A stretch of DNA of 64,000 nt from Armatimonadota bacterium. GTDB taxonomy: Bacteria; Armatimonadota; SYMT01. Positions 27,880 to 39,400 of the stretch are shown piece by piece. The notes beneath the pieces were generated by a model. The model had not been told where the DNA came from and searched no databases. It was given only the letters and a program-made list of their open reading frames with translations. Where the stretch lies: positions 288,001 to 352,000 of the forward strand of contig JAWLHY010000007.1 of NCBI GenBank assembly GCA_041690135.1, read 5' to 3'. A program made the translations under genes and the position numbers. The stretch's first letter is position 1. Every line of letters starts with the position of its first letter.

Positions 27880-29271
27880 CTACCAGTCCGGTCCCAGGGC
27901 GGCCTCCGCCAGTTCGGGCGCGTACGGCTTGACGACTTCGATCGGCGTGGCGAGCGCGCGGCTGAGTTCGTCCAGCGTCATGTCGTCCATGAAGTAGTCT
28001 TCGCGCACGGCCACGCTGGGGAGCAGCAGTACGTCGCCGAGATCCCGGCCCGCGAGCTGCTCGGCAATATCCTGGCCCGTCAGGAGGCCGGCGACCGTCA
28101 CCGTCTCCCCGAAGAACCGGTTGACGATCGGCTCGACCGCCACCTGCAGGTTCTCCACGGACGAGAGGCGTTCCGCGAACGGGCGCAGGACGGGTTCGGC
28201 GAGAGTACCCGTCACGATCGTCACGCGCCGGGGTTGGCCGATGCGGGCGGGAATCCGCTTTTCGATCCGCTTCCAGTCGGCGTTCATCCGCGGGATCATC
28301 CCCACGCCGTTCTCGAACTGGGGGAATGCTTCGTAGGTGCGCGCGGAGGGAAGGGGCTCACCCGCCAGGAGATACATCTCATCGGAGGGGTAAACGAAGC
28401 GCGTCCCCAACTCCTTCTGGAACCGCTTCTGCCAGGCCTTGGCTTTGCCGATCACTTCCCGCGCCTCTTCCGGGCTGACGGTACGGAGGGCCGGGAGGTT
28501 GGAACGGTAGGTCGTGAGCCCCACGGGCACGATTGCCAGGGTCAGGCAGCCTCCGTGCGGCGGGTGGTACGCCGCCATCTCCTCCACGGTCCGATCCAGG
28601 ATCGCGCCGTCGTTCAGGCCCGGCGTGTAGACGATCTGCCCGTGGATCTCGATGTCGTGGGAGAAGAGGCGGTCCAGGTGCTCCTTCAACCGGGCGCCGT
28701 TCGGGTTCCGCAGCATCGCCACCCGCGCTTCCGGGTCCGTGGCGTGGATGCTGACGTAGAGCGGGCTGAGGTGGTACTTGAAGATCCGCTCCCAGCAGTG
28801 CTCCGTCAGGTTGGTAAGCGTGATGAAATCGCCGTGGAGGAACGAAAGGCGGTAGTCGTCGTCCTTCACATAGACCGACTTCCGCATCCGGCGGCGGTTC
28901 TGGTACACGAAGCAGAAATCGCAGTTGTTGCTGCAGATTCGGATGCCGTCGAACACGTCCGCCGCGAAGGTAACCCCCAGCGTCTCGTCGAGCTCCTTCT
29001 CGACGACCACGCTGTACGCCTCTTCCTTGCGCCCGCCCGGCGCCACCACCACTTCCACTTCCTCTTCCGTGATCAGGAAGCGGTAGTCGATCACGTCCTC
29101 CATGCGCTCGCCGTTGATGGTCAGGATCTCGTCGCCCGGCTCCAGCCCGATCTCCTCGGCGATGGAACCCGGCTCGATCTTCTCCACGATGGCGTGCGGC
29201 TCCGGCGGCCGGTACGGGTTGATCGGCCGTGGGAAGGCCGGCGGTTTCGGGCTCAAAACAGTTAACGACAT
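27880..29271 (-). CDS. DUF512 / TIGR03279-type PDZ plus radical-SAM-like Fe-S protein
   Basis: PDZ GSIAEEIGLEPGD, CSNNCDFCF, KDDDYRLSFL, QFENGVG, VTVAGLLTGQD. Confidence 0.92.
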   Translation of the reverse strand: MSLTVLSPKPPAFPRPINPYRPPEPHAIVEKIEPGSIAEEIGLEPGDEILTINGERMEDVIDYRFLITEEEVEVVVAPGGRKEEAYSVVVEKELDETLGVTFAADVFDGIRICSNNCDFCFVYQNRRRMRKSVYVKDDDYRLSFLHGDFITLTNLTEHCWERIFKYHLSPLYVSIHATDPEARVAMLRNPNGARLKEHLDRLFSHDIEIHGQIVYTPGLNDGAILDRTVEEMAAYHPPHGGCLTLAIVPVGLTTYRSNLPALRTVSPEEAREVIGKAKAWQKRFQKELGTRFVYPSDEMYLLAGEPLPSARTYEAFPQFENGVGMIPRMNADWKRIEKRIPARIGQPRRVTIVTGTLAEPVLRPFAERLSSVENLQVAVEPIVNRFFGETVTVAGLLTGQDIAEQLAGRDLGDVLLLPSVAVREDYFMDDMTLDELSRALATPIEVVKPYAPELAEAALGPDW

Positions 29272-29683
29272 TCAGATTTGCTCCGGCCGCATGATACGGG
29301 CTCGGCAGCGGACACGCAACCCCGCGAAAAGGACAAGGAAGAAAGGGATAAGGATAAGGAAGTCGTGTGCGTTGGGTAGTGGGAAGGGTTGAGCCAGGAA
29401 GGGCACTGTGGAAAAGGGCGAAGCTAAGGGGTTTAGGCAACTATATGAGCAGACATTGACCTCTCGGTAAGAACCTGTTTCTTATCGAAGGGCAGCGAGG
29501 CTTGCCGGAGTGACGGCGCTTGCGCGGCCTTGCTATGCCGAACCGTACGTGTTCAGTTGCTTGCACACACTTCTTGGGGCAATCCCCCAGGTACGTGGTC
29601 GTCGCTTTGGACAAAGATGCGGTCCGGCGGTGGTTCCGGCGTTGGGATGGGGCGAAGGGCGCCAATCTCTTGTATCTTCCCAT

Positions 29684-31084
29684 TCAACCATTGGAGCCTT
29701 CCTGTGTTGGGCCATCCACCGGACCTCTCACCCTTCGTATCCCCTCCCCACGGGCCATCCACGTAATCGCCAGCGCCATGATTGCGAACACGATCTGTGT
29801 GGGGATCTGCGCCTGGCCCTCCATCGGCGGCCAGAGCATCTTGAGAAAGGAAAGCCCCGTGTGCGCCCATGCCGTCAGGATCAACAGCCGGGCGGCGGCG
29901 CGCGGTCCTTCCGCCAGGCTCGCGGCGGCCCGCCCGATCACCGCCGTAAACAGCGCGAGGAGGGGGACCGCTACGGCGACGGCTACAGCCTTCTTCTCCA
30001 GGCAGAGATACTCGGCCACGTTGAACCCGGAAGCGTAGGCCAGCACGCCGCCGGTGACGAGCAGCGGGGTGATGCGGCCCGCGAACGCCGCTGGCAGGAG
30101 CAGCGCGGTGTGGACGAACGGCCAGTCCCAGTACGGCTCCGCGCCGAGCCACTCCTGGGTGGCGCAGAGGTGGAACGCTACCCAGAGCACGACCGCCGCG
30201 GTCTCCACGCGCGCCGGGATCTCGGAACGGGCGGGCTCGTCCTCCGGAGCAGCGGCGGGGTGGGGGAGGCGGGTCCAACCCCAGGCGAGCCCCGCGCCGG
30301 CCACCATCCCGAAGCCGACCTCCATCACCTTCCACCAGTCCAACCACGCCTGCACGTCCGCACCAAAAGGCTTCGCGTGCACACCCCAGGCGTTCACCAT
30401 CTCCGCGCCCGCAAACCCGATCCCGCCGGCCCCCGTGCCCCAGAGGGCCAGTTGCAGGGCCCCGCGGTCTCCACGCACGCAGCGGGCATACGCAACGAGC
30501 CCCAGCAGGGCCAGCAGCATGCCGCCCCAGTTCTCCATCCGGGGCTTGGGGTCGTACCAGCGGGAGAAATAGATTGCCGGGAGCCGTCCCGCCGCCGGGT
30601 CGTGGGGCCGGTTCAAGAGGTGCTCGCCGATCAGCGCCAGAAGGACCATCCCGCCGATGACGGCCAGGATTTCCCGGGCGCGGTAGCGGGTGCCGCCCCC
30701 CGCCATCCCGAGGAAGGCGCCGGGAATCCCGATCCAGACCGCCCCCTTCACTACCAGCCCCAGTACCCCCCACCAGTAATGGGGAGCCGGGTTCTGCTCC
30801 TGCACCAGGCCGATGGTCTGCGCGTAGGTCATCGAGCCGCCGACCGAGGTTGCCACCGCCCCGATCGCCGCCAGGCGGAGCGTCTCCAGGGCCGAAGCGC
30901 CGCGCAGGTAAGCCAGCACCAGCCCGATCAGCGCTCCCGGCACCATGGCCCCCGGCTGATGTCCGAACTGCCCGCGGATGCCCCAGCCCAACCCCATGGC
31001 CAGCGCCCCCAGGATCAGGGGGTACCATGCCCCGCAGCACGACTTGGCAGAAGGCGAAGGATGATCGGACAATTCCGCGTGCAT
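29684..31084 (-). CDS. Hypothetical polytopic membrane protein
   Basis: GWGIRGQFGHQPGAM, GGSMTYAQT, WWKVME; many TM segments; start uncertain. Confidence 0.75.
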   Translation of the reverse strand: MHAELSDHPSPSAKSCCGAWYPLILGALAMGLGWGIRGQFGHQPGAMVPGALIGLVLAYLRGASALETLRLAAIGAVATSVGGSMTYAQTIGLVQEQNPAPHYWWGVLGLVVKGAVWIGIPGAFLGMAGGGTRYRAREILAVIGGMVLLALIGEHLLNRPHDPAAGRLPAIYFSRWYDPKPRMENWGGMLLALLGLVAYARCVRGDRGALQLALWGTGAGGIGFAGAEMVNAWGVHAKPFGADVQAWLDWWKVMEVGFGMVAGAGLAWGWTRLPHPAAAPEDEPARSEIPARVETAAVVLWVAFHLCATQEWLGAEPYWDWPFVHTALLLPAAFAGRITPLLVTGGVLAYASGFNVAEYLCLEKKAVAVAVAVPLLALFTAVIGRAAASLAEGPRAAARLLILTAWAHTGLSFLKMLWPPMEGQAQIPTQIVFAIMALAITWMARGEGIRRVRGPVDGPTQEGSNG

Positions 31085-31246
31085 GGGCGCCACTCTTCCG
31101 CAGGGCACGTTCCCGGCCGGAACGCATCGCAACTGCCTCCAGAGTTACACCCGCAACCAATCCCCTCCTGCCACTTCCGCGTAGTGACGCACTCCACCCC
31201 GTTCGCTGCGCAGTTTGGGGCAGGCCCAGTCCGACGACCCTCAGCT

Positions 31247-31284
31247 AACGGCACCGGTAGGGAACGTCTCGCCGTAGCGTTCCG
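31247..31284 (+). repeat. REP-like element, partial copy
   Basis: aacggcaccgGTAG-GGAACG-tctcgccgtag-CGTTCC (GTAG plus palindrome). Confidence 0.7.
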
Positions 31285-31532
31285 CTGGCCGGGGGGTGAT
31301 CTTGTCCTGCTAACTCGTAGCGGTTCGGGTTCGGTAGGGTCGGCGGTTCGGAGGTCATGTGGCGTCCGTCGAGTACATCGATGTCACCGCGAAGTACCGA
31401 GAACCAGGTCAGCACGGCCGCCCTGGCCCGTCCCCAACTGTGGGAGTTCGCGGTGGCTGCCACGCGAGACCATTTGGGATGGCGCGCTGTAGGACCCGGG
31501 GGAAGAGCATTCCAGTTACTGCGCCCAACTGC

Positions 31533-32423
31533 TCAGCGCCTGGGAGACGCTGTCTTTTCCATCGAGCGCTTCAACACCCGCGGCTGTTCGGGCAGCGGCA
31601 GTTCAATCCGGGCCTGCTCGGCCGCCACGGTGACGAAGCTCTCCAGCAGCATCCCACGTTTCTTCATCGCCAGGATAGCCTCCGCCGCCGCCCTCCGCAC
31701 CGGGTACAACAACACCACTTCCTTTTTCGCCCCTGCCTGGCTCTTCCAAGCAGAACCCGAGTTGGTATCTTCTTGAATTCCACGCGCATTGTGGGCCTTT
31801 ACATTCCCACTCACTTTCTCTCTCCGTGTCGATCTCCGTGTCTCCGTGACTCCGTGGTGAAGTTCCGAAGAGGCACGCAAGGCGAAGATCCCCTGCACGT
31901 CCTCCCGGATCACCTGCGCCAGCAGCTTCCCCACGGAAGGATCGTCCTTCGCCAAGGCCTCCTTGCCCAGCGCCCTCACGCCCAATTCTCGGATCCGCAC
32001 GGGCCGGCTGCGGTCCGCCACCAGTTGCTCCACCGGCGCGCGACCCTCCGGATCTCCCCGCAGGAGCAGAAAGATCGAGAGGCAGTCCTTCACCTTCCCG
32101 GTCCCCATCTGGCCCCACACCTTCTTCAGGGTGGGATGGTCCGCCTTCACCTCCACCAGCCGCTCCGTGATCTTCGCCAGCACGTAGTCGTGGGTCACGA
32201 AGTCCGTAAACGGCGGCTTCGGTCGCGGCGTGGGTTGGACCATCTCATCCCGGTACAGCCGCAGCCCGGCCTGCGCGAGCTGCGTCGGCAGCCCGTTCGC
32301 CGGCAGCTTGCTCCGGATGCGCGCCAGGGCAGGATGCGGCGCGGTCTCAGCGCGCGAAGCACCCGGTGCCAGGCCCATCCAGCCGCATAAGAGTCCTGCA
32401 ATGAGCCTTCGCACCACCCACAT
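31533..32423 (-). CDS. Hypothetical exported protein with an in-frame repeat-derived insertion
   Basis: Signal-like N-terminus; CTCCGTG repeats at 31822-31857. Confidence 0.65.
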   Translation of the reverse strand: MWVVRRLIAGLLCGWMGLAPGASRAETAPHPALARIRSKLPANGLPTQLAQAGLRLYRDEMVQPTPRPKPPFTDFVTHDYVLAKITERLVEVKADHPTLKKVWGQMGTGKVKDCLSIFLLLRGDPEGRAPVEQLVADRSRPVRIRELGVRALGKEALAKDDPSVGKLLAQVIREDVQGIFALRASSELHHGVTETRRSTRREKVSGNVKAHNARGIQEDTNSGSAWKSQAGAKKEVVLLYPVRRAAAEAILAMKKRGMLLESFVTVAAEQARIELPLPEQPRVLKRSMEKTASPRR

Positions 32424-32659
32424 CCGGCTTTCACGGAGATTGGAATGGGGCAGGATACTCTCGGGTGAAGCCATTCACACAACTCCGTTCTCACGCTCGC
32501 CCAACACCTGCGCCAGGGAAAGGTCGGTTCCAGGGAGAGTGTAGGTAATAGTTCTATCGATTGCGAAATGCCCGATCTGAGTGGAAGAGCATTTGACCGA
32601 ATCGTTCCGAAGAACATGAAACACAGAAGAGCAATGTGCTCTCATGATGTCGATTGATC

Positions 32660-33112
32660 TCACTTCGCCTCCGCAAGCAAGCTGGGCTCATGAGATTGCA
32701 TATACTCAAGTATTCGTACATATACTTCGTCACTGAGCAGGGTTGGCAGTTGACGGTCGAGTTGGTCAAAAAACTCGGAAACAGTAGGCTCGTGTGCCTC
32801 AAGCCAGGCCCACCTTTCCGTCTCCAAAACTGGTGGCACACCACCCGGGAACACTGTCATGCTTTCCCTGAACACTCTTGCCCCCTCGAGAATACCTAGT
32901 ACCGCCATTGATTGAGACACATCTTCCGCATCCCAACGGTTCTCGTAAAAGTATCCTAGTCCCCCATTATCCGTGAGAGTCAGTGCTGACCAACCCGTAT
33001 AGATATGTCGGCTTGCTGGTGATAAGCTGGTTAGCCCTGCGGAATTCACTTTGAGGGCTAGTTTTTCGCAGACTGACTCCACTACGTCCACAATTGACCG
33101 TTCATCCATCAT
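32660..33112 (-). CDS. DUF4375/DMP19-like putative immunity protein
   Basis: DNGGLGYFYEN motif, acidic, low GC, downstream of the RHS toxin; GGAGG RBS. Confidence 0.8.
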   Translation of the reverse strand: MMDERSIVDVVESVCEKLALKVNSAGLTSLSPASRHIYTGWSALTLTDNGGLGYFYENRWDAEDVSQSMAVLGILEGARVFRESMTVFPGGVPPVLETERWAWLEAHEPTVSEFFDQLDRQLPTLLSDEVYVRILEYMQSHEPSLLAEAK

Positions 33113-33288
33113 GCGCCCTCCCATAGATGACCCACTTCAATCAGTTGCAGTTGTGGCTGTAAACGACGAAACATGTTTGTCCCACCAGTTAGCGTGTGCC
33201 AAATCCAAGAGAAAATGTGCCTTACCTCGTCTAGGTCCATGATGCAACCATAGCTGATATGACAGAACTTCTGGCTGTTGTGCCACTG

Positions 33289-36200
33289 TCATAATGGTGG
33301 GCCGAACGAGAGTGGATTACGCTGGTGCCACTGTGCAGGATTCCGTTGGTAGATACCGCGATTGAGTGGGTCAGCCCAGTATTCATCATACTCAGCTTGA
33401 CGAGCCTTCAATGCAAATGGAGTAAACTCCCAGAACGTCATTAAGCCACCCGCACATCCTTGCAAACGACCAAGGACACCATTGATTCTGACTCCCGAAA
33501 GTCGGGCCAGCGAGCGTTGTATTGACGCGCGAGCGGAGAACCGCTGCGTAACAAACCGGTTGAGATAGCTTCGTATAATTGGGTTTCTTGACTTCCGGAC
33601 GGCATACACAAATCGGTGGGCCTGCGCATCGGACATGGTTTGTGGAGTGATATTGTGTTTCGACAAGTAGGTATCCCACATTCCTTGCACAGTCCGGCTA
33701 TAAGCGGAATGCTGAGTATAGTCATGCCCGTAGGGAATGGGGCCAGTAACTGCATCATCGAGGATACGCCTTACACTTGTGCGTAAGGGTAGATCCCACC
33801 AGATGGCTTTGGGTACGTAGTGGTGACCTTTGGGGGCTAATCCGAGTGGGTCTACTGAATTCACCGGATCGTTCTCACAGTAGCCGTAGAGGTTCAACCC
33901 TCCGGCCCAGCCGATGGGGTCCCGGCTGATGAACCGGCCGATGGACGGGTCATAGTACCGCTGGTACAGGTAGTCCAGCCCCAGGCCGTCCGCCGCGGTC
34001 CGCTCGTAACCGTGGGCGCCGCCGTAAAGGAACGGCGTCGGCTGGGAGGGCGCGCCGCCGGCGGTGCCGCTGGTAAAGTCGGTCCCGCCGCTCGCACTCA
34101 CGTTCCCGAACGCGTCGTAGCGCACGGCTGCCGTAACCGGTTCCCAGTTGGCCGCGCCGTGGTCCAGGTAGCGCGTGGAGCCATGCCGGTCGGTGTGGTA
34201 GAAACGGTCCCAGCCGCCCTTCCGGTGGGCGAAGCCGGGCGTGTGCAGAGTGCCGGTCGCGCCCTGGGCGTCGTAGAGCCCGTAGTTGTCGGTCCGGGTG
34301 CCGGCGGCGCCGTCCGTCACGCGCAGGCGGCTGCCATCGGCGGCGTAGGCCGCGCCGAAGAGGGAAGTGCCGCCCTCGGAAACGTCCGCGAGCCGGCCGT
34401 CCGCCGTCCAGCGGAAGTTGAGGAAGTGGTGCGCGCCGGCAGCGTCGCGCCGGTCCCGGGTGAGGATCTGCCCGAAGGCGTCGTAGGTGAACCGGTTGTA
34501 CGGCTGCGTCTGGCCGGCGGAGGGCGGCGCATCCGCGGCGGAATTGGTCCAGAGGAGTTTGTCGGCGGCGTCTACCCCATACCACTCGCTCTGGCCGTTG
34601 CGGACCACCTGCCGGCGGTTGCCGTGCGGGTCGTAGCTGTAGAAGAAGCCGCTGCCGAGGTCGGGGTGGCGTTCTTCGCGCAACTGGCCGAGTGGATCGT
34701 AGACATAGTCATGTGCCTTCCCGAAGTGGTCGGTCTCGCGGATCAGGCGTCCGGTAGCGTCATAGGCGTGCGTGAACCGGTTGAGGAGATCGCCCGACGC
34801 CCGGTAGTGGGTGATTTCGTGGACCTGCCCGGTGGGCAGGTAGGTGTAGTCCGCGAGCGTGCGGGTAGGAACGCCTCCGCTGCCCGGCATCGATTGGCGG
34901 ACCAGGTCCCCCGCGCGGTTGTACTCGTTGGCAAAGGCCTGGCCGAGGGGATTGAGCCAGCCGCTCATGCGGCCCTTGCCGTCTTCGCGCATCTCCCAGG
35001 TACCGATGCCGGAGACGGTGGCGCGGACGATCCACCGCCGCATGTCCGCGTCGGCCTGGTACTGGACCTGCAACTGGCGCCGTCCGTCGGTGGGGGCCAC
35101 CTGGATCACGCGGCCGATCCCATCATAGGTATAGGTCGTGGCACCGTTCGCGTCGGAAGTACGGACGACTCTCCCGAACTCGTCGTAGGTCGTCTCCGCG
35201 GTGTAACCCGGGGCGCCGCTGGGGCTCGGCGGCACGTGGACCCGCTGCAGGCGGTGCAGCGCGTCGTACTCAAAACGGGTAACCAGCGCCTGTGGCCCGC
35301 CCGCGGCGGTATACGGGCGCATTGTCCAGGCCAGTGCACCGGCGTCGTCGTAGCCGTAGTACTGCAGCGTGCCGTCGGGGTGCCGGACCCGGGTGACCTG
35401 CCCCTCGTTCACCTCCGGTAGGACCAGGGACCCGTCCTCGGCATAGCGCCGGTAGTCGAACTCCACGGCGCAAGCTTCCCCTTTGGGTGGGATCAGCCGG
35501 GCCAGGGACCCGTCGAGGTTGTATTCGTACCGGGTGATGCGTTGCTCCGGCTCACCCACCGCCTGCGTCACCCGGAGGGGCTGGCCGTCGCCGTTGTACT
35601 GGATGACGGTTTTGACCCCGGCTTCGTCCGTGATGTCGTAGGGCCTTCCGGCGGGGTCGAGGCGGACGACGGTGTCCACGGTAGACCCGGGCCGCCGGGC
35701 GATTACGGCGAGGCAGCTATTGCCCTGCCCGCTGTAGAGCAGCGACGACTGCCGGCCAATCGGGTCGGTGAACCGCCACGGGAGACCGTCCGAGTTGTAC
35801 TCGATGTACGAGACGGAGGGCATCCGGTCCGCCGCTCCCAGCGGGGCCAGGTAGTTGTACGGGGAGCGTGAATTTACGGGGCGGCCATAGGTGTCGAACT
35901 CGACAGAGGTCATGCGCCCCGTCTCGTATTCGTGGAACCCGTTGGGCACGCTGGGCGCATTCTGCGCGTCGTAGCCGAAGTTGGTGGTCAGGAACTGCAG
36001 GGTGGATCCGGACCGCACCTGCATGAGATCGCCGCCGGAGCTATAGGTCCACCACATTCGCTGGTCGTGGGGGGCACCGTCCACCGCGCGCGGATAGGCG
36101 ATCCAGTGCAGCGGTTGGTTATAGGTCCCGAATTGGGTCTCCGAGACGTCGCCCAGGGCGTTGGTGCTGCGCACGCCCGTGATCGTGCGGTTATCCGCGG

Positions 36201-39200
36201 CAAAGGTGTACTCCAGCGTCGCCAGGGCGGGGGTTCCGTCCGGTTCCCGGTTGGTGCGCACGCTGGTCAGGTTATGGTAGGCATCGTAGGTGTAGCGGAC
36301 GTAGCGCCCGGTGCTCTCCTCCCGGATTCCCGCCAGGTCGCGGCCCGCGTACTCGTAGGTGAGACTGTTCCCACCTGGGTAGGTGAGCGTGGTACCGGCC
36401 CGGACGATCGCTTTCTCACGGCCCCCTTCGGTGGTGTCCAGATACCACGCGCGGACCAGCCGCCCGTCCCAGTCCATCCGGCTGGCACGGCCCGAGTTCA
36501 CCCCCTCGTACTCGTAGTAAACGGTTTTACCGGTCGGCTCCGTCTTGGCGATGACGAGATCCCCGGTGTAACTTCCGCCATAGAACGGCACGGCGGAAGC
36601 CGTGGTCCCATAGGAGAAGCCCCAGAGGTAGTCGACCCGGTTGGGGATTCCCGGCCCCTGCGCGCGCACGCTCGTCAGTCGCTGACGCGAGATACCCCAG
36701 TCGTCCGGCACCCCGGTGTAGCCGAAGGTGTGCTGCCGTCCGTGCGGATCTCCTACCTGCGTCAGGACGCCGTTGGTGTAGGTGAAGCTCAGCCCCCAGC
36801 CGGTGCCGTCCACCACGCTTTGCAGAAAGTCTTCCTGCCAGGTCAGGTCCACCGTGCGTCCCCAGCGGTCCAGCACCCCGGTGAGCAGGAAATAGGCCGT
36901 GGCCGTGCCCTCGTCCTTACGCCAGAAGACCCGGGTGAACTGGTAGCGGGTTCCGGCGCCGTCGGTTGCCTCAAAGGTGGCATACGGTACGCGCACCTCG
37001 ATCTTGACCACGGAGGAGGTATTGCCGCCGTCCGCGGTGATGCGCTTCTCCACCCACGTGCGCGAGGTGCCGGCGCTGGCCAGGGAGTGGTAGCTGTCGT
37101 TCGGCTCCCAGGTGAAGTCGTTCAGTCCGCTTCCCGGTATTTTGCGGAAGGAGACCACGCCCCCATTGCCGGTGTGCCACAGCGCGTGTTCTTCGCCCAC
37201 CTCGTCCTGCACCACCTCCACAAACTGCGCCTAGGCATGGGTCCAGCGGGAGTTGCGGGTGGCGAAGTGTGCGAAATCCGGGCTGGCCTGCGTCTTCGCC
37301 CAACCCGGCTGGTTCAAGGCCGGGTCCGCCCGGAGGTTGGAATGATAGTGCAGGGAGAAGCCGAGTTCCGTACCGCGGTAGGTCCAGCTCGTTACCGGCA
37401 CGTCGAACATCACGGCGCCCGAGAGCGGGTCGATGGAAGAGAACCCGGGCGCGCAGGAAGTGCAGCCGCAGGCGTCGTCGCTGCTCACGCTGCGCTGGGT
37501 GACGAGGCCGGGGTCGTCAATCCCGAAACACCAGGTGGTCGGCATGTGCGCCTGCGGGTCGTACGGGGGATCGTCGCTCGTACCGTGCTCCAGGCCCAGG
37601 AGCCCGTACCCGGCGTCGTCCACCTCCACCCAAACGTGGAAGTCTCCGGTGGTAGGCCCGTCCAGGGGCGGCTGGTAGTGGGTGATCTCGTCCACCTGCG
37701 AGGGGTCAAGTGCGACGAATTCTCCCACGGAGTTCAGCTTCCCGAAGTAGCCTCCTACGTCGTCCCGGTAACGCGTGATGCGGTGCCCGGCCGGGTCTTC
37801 CTGGGCCAGGCCGTTGGGGAAGGAGCAGCCATCCGCCGTGCACTGGTCCGTGTCGGGGACGAGATCCCCTTTCCGCAGGCTCAGCACCTCGCCCCGGAAG
37901 ACCCGGGGGGCATCCATCCCGTTTCGTTGGAGGAACAACGGCCAGCGGGCCTGGTTGGTCGAATCGGCCCACTCATGAACGTGGACCGCCCCGAACACCC
38001 ACACCATCGCATACAGCACTTCCGGGGCATCGTCGTAGGCGTCGAAGAACTCCCCCTGTTGCCGGGTCCCAGAAATACTGCCAATGGTCATCAAGGGTGA
38101 CCGAAAGCGTAATCGGGCCCTCGAAGTGCGGGGTCATGTAGTGGGTGACGAGCGCGGGATCGCTCGCGGGAACAAACGAACTGAGGTCCGGCCCGGTCAG
38201 GTAGCCGAATACGCCGCCTGCCCCGTCGTCGCTCCACGCGACCGGCTGCACCGGGTTGACCACCTCGCCGCCGGGTTCCACGCCATTCGGATCGTACCAG
38301 CGGTCCGTGTCCATCACCGCGGGGAACACCAGGTTCAGCGGGATCACTTCGTAAACCCCGGCCGCTCCCGGCGGGTTCAGAGAAGCACCACCCAGGTTGT
38401 TCACTGCTTCCCACTGCCTTGCACCGGGACCGTTTCCGGGACCGCCGCCCGGGCCTTCCAGTACCGATACGACGGCGCTCCCCTCCGTGGGCTGGTCATT
38501 CCAGGAGGTGATCCACCCGAGCTCCGGATCGTGAACGGACGTGACATCGTCGATCCGCACCGTGAGCGTATAATCGCCGGGAGTGGCCGGGGCCTCCCAG
38601 TGGGTGATGAGCAGCGGGTCCGTGGTGGGGGTCCACTGGCCCACCACGTCGTAGTATCCAAAGGCGCCGGCGGAAGCCTCCCATGCCACTGCCTGTGTCG
38701 CATTGGTCGCCATGGTGCCCAGTGTGCACGAGGGCGCGGAGCAGTAGTCCCAGTCCTCCGGAAGCTGCACGGACACCGAAACTCGCCCGCCGGCCTCCAC
38801 CATCCCCGGCGTGTCGACCCAGGGAGTGCCCAGGTCGTCCATCGGGTACCAGTCGTGTTCGTGCGCCTCGATCTGTACGGTGACGGTCCGCGTTACGTCG
38901 GCGTCGTTAGTGGTGGGGACGCTGTAGATCCGCGGGTCGTTGGCCCCATAGCCACTCCATGGCGGCGTTTGCGCCACATCGGCGGCAGTGACGGTAATGG
39001 AGGCGGTACCGGGAGGGCCGCAGCGGAAATGCGTGGGCCATTGGGTGCTCACATGGAACTGACCATAGGCATCCAGGTGGCCGAGATCGCCGCGGGTGGC
39101 CGTGAACGCCAGTTGAACCTCGTCGGAGACCCATGCGCCCAGCGCGCAACCATAGGGGTTGAGCCCACCACAGTGGTCGTTGTCGAACGCGTAGGGGGAG

Positions 39201-39400
39201 AGTGCCAGGATCTCATTCGGGGTCGCCGCAGTGGCGGAAATGTCGAGTGAGCATTCGATCGGCGTCTCTTGAGACCCGGGAAAACTGTGGCTATGCTCGT
39301 GGTGAATGACAGCGAGCACCACCTCGGGACGGACCAGAATGCCGAGTAGGGTGCCTAATCCAAACAGCACCCTGAGCCAACCCTGCGTGTTCCGTCGCAT
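33289..39400 (-). pseudogene. Large RHS/YD-repeat polymorphic toxin with signal peptide, interrupted by a +1 frameshift (38052-38056) and an in-frame TAG (37231-37233)
   Basis: Three ORF pieces join into about 2036 codons; YD repeats; core RYYDPSIGRFISRDPIG...NLYGYCENDPVNSVDPLGL; low-GC C-terminal GHH domain. Confidence 0.85.

Noticed and set aside
29440-29680. Possible riboswitch or ncRNA (several hairpins)
   Set aside because: Only short local hairpins with no recognisable consensus; not distinguishable from chance by eye.
33113-33288. Small ORF or orphan toxin remnant between the RHS tip and DUF4375
   Set aside because: Short open frames exist but lack an RBS and a convincing motif; left uncalled.
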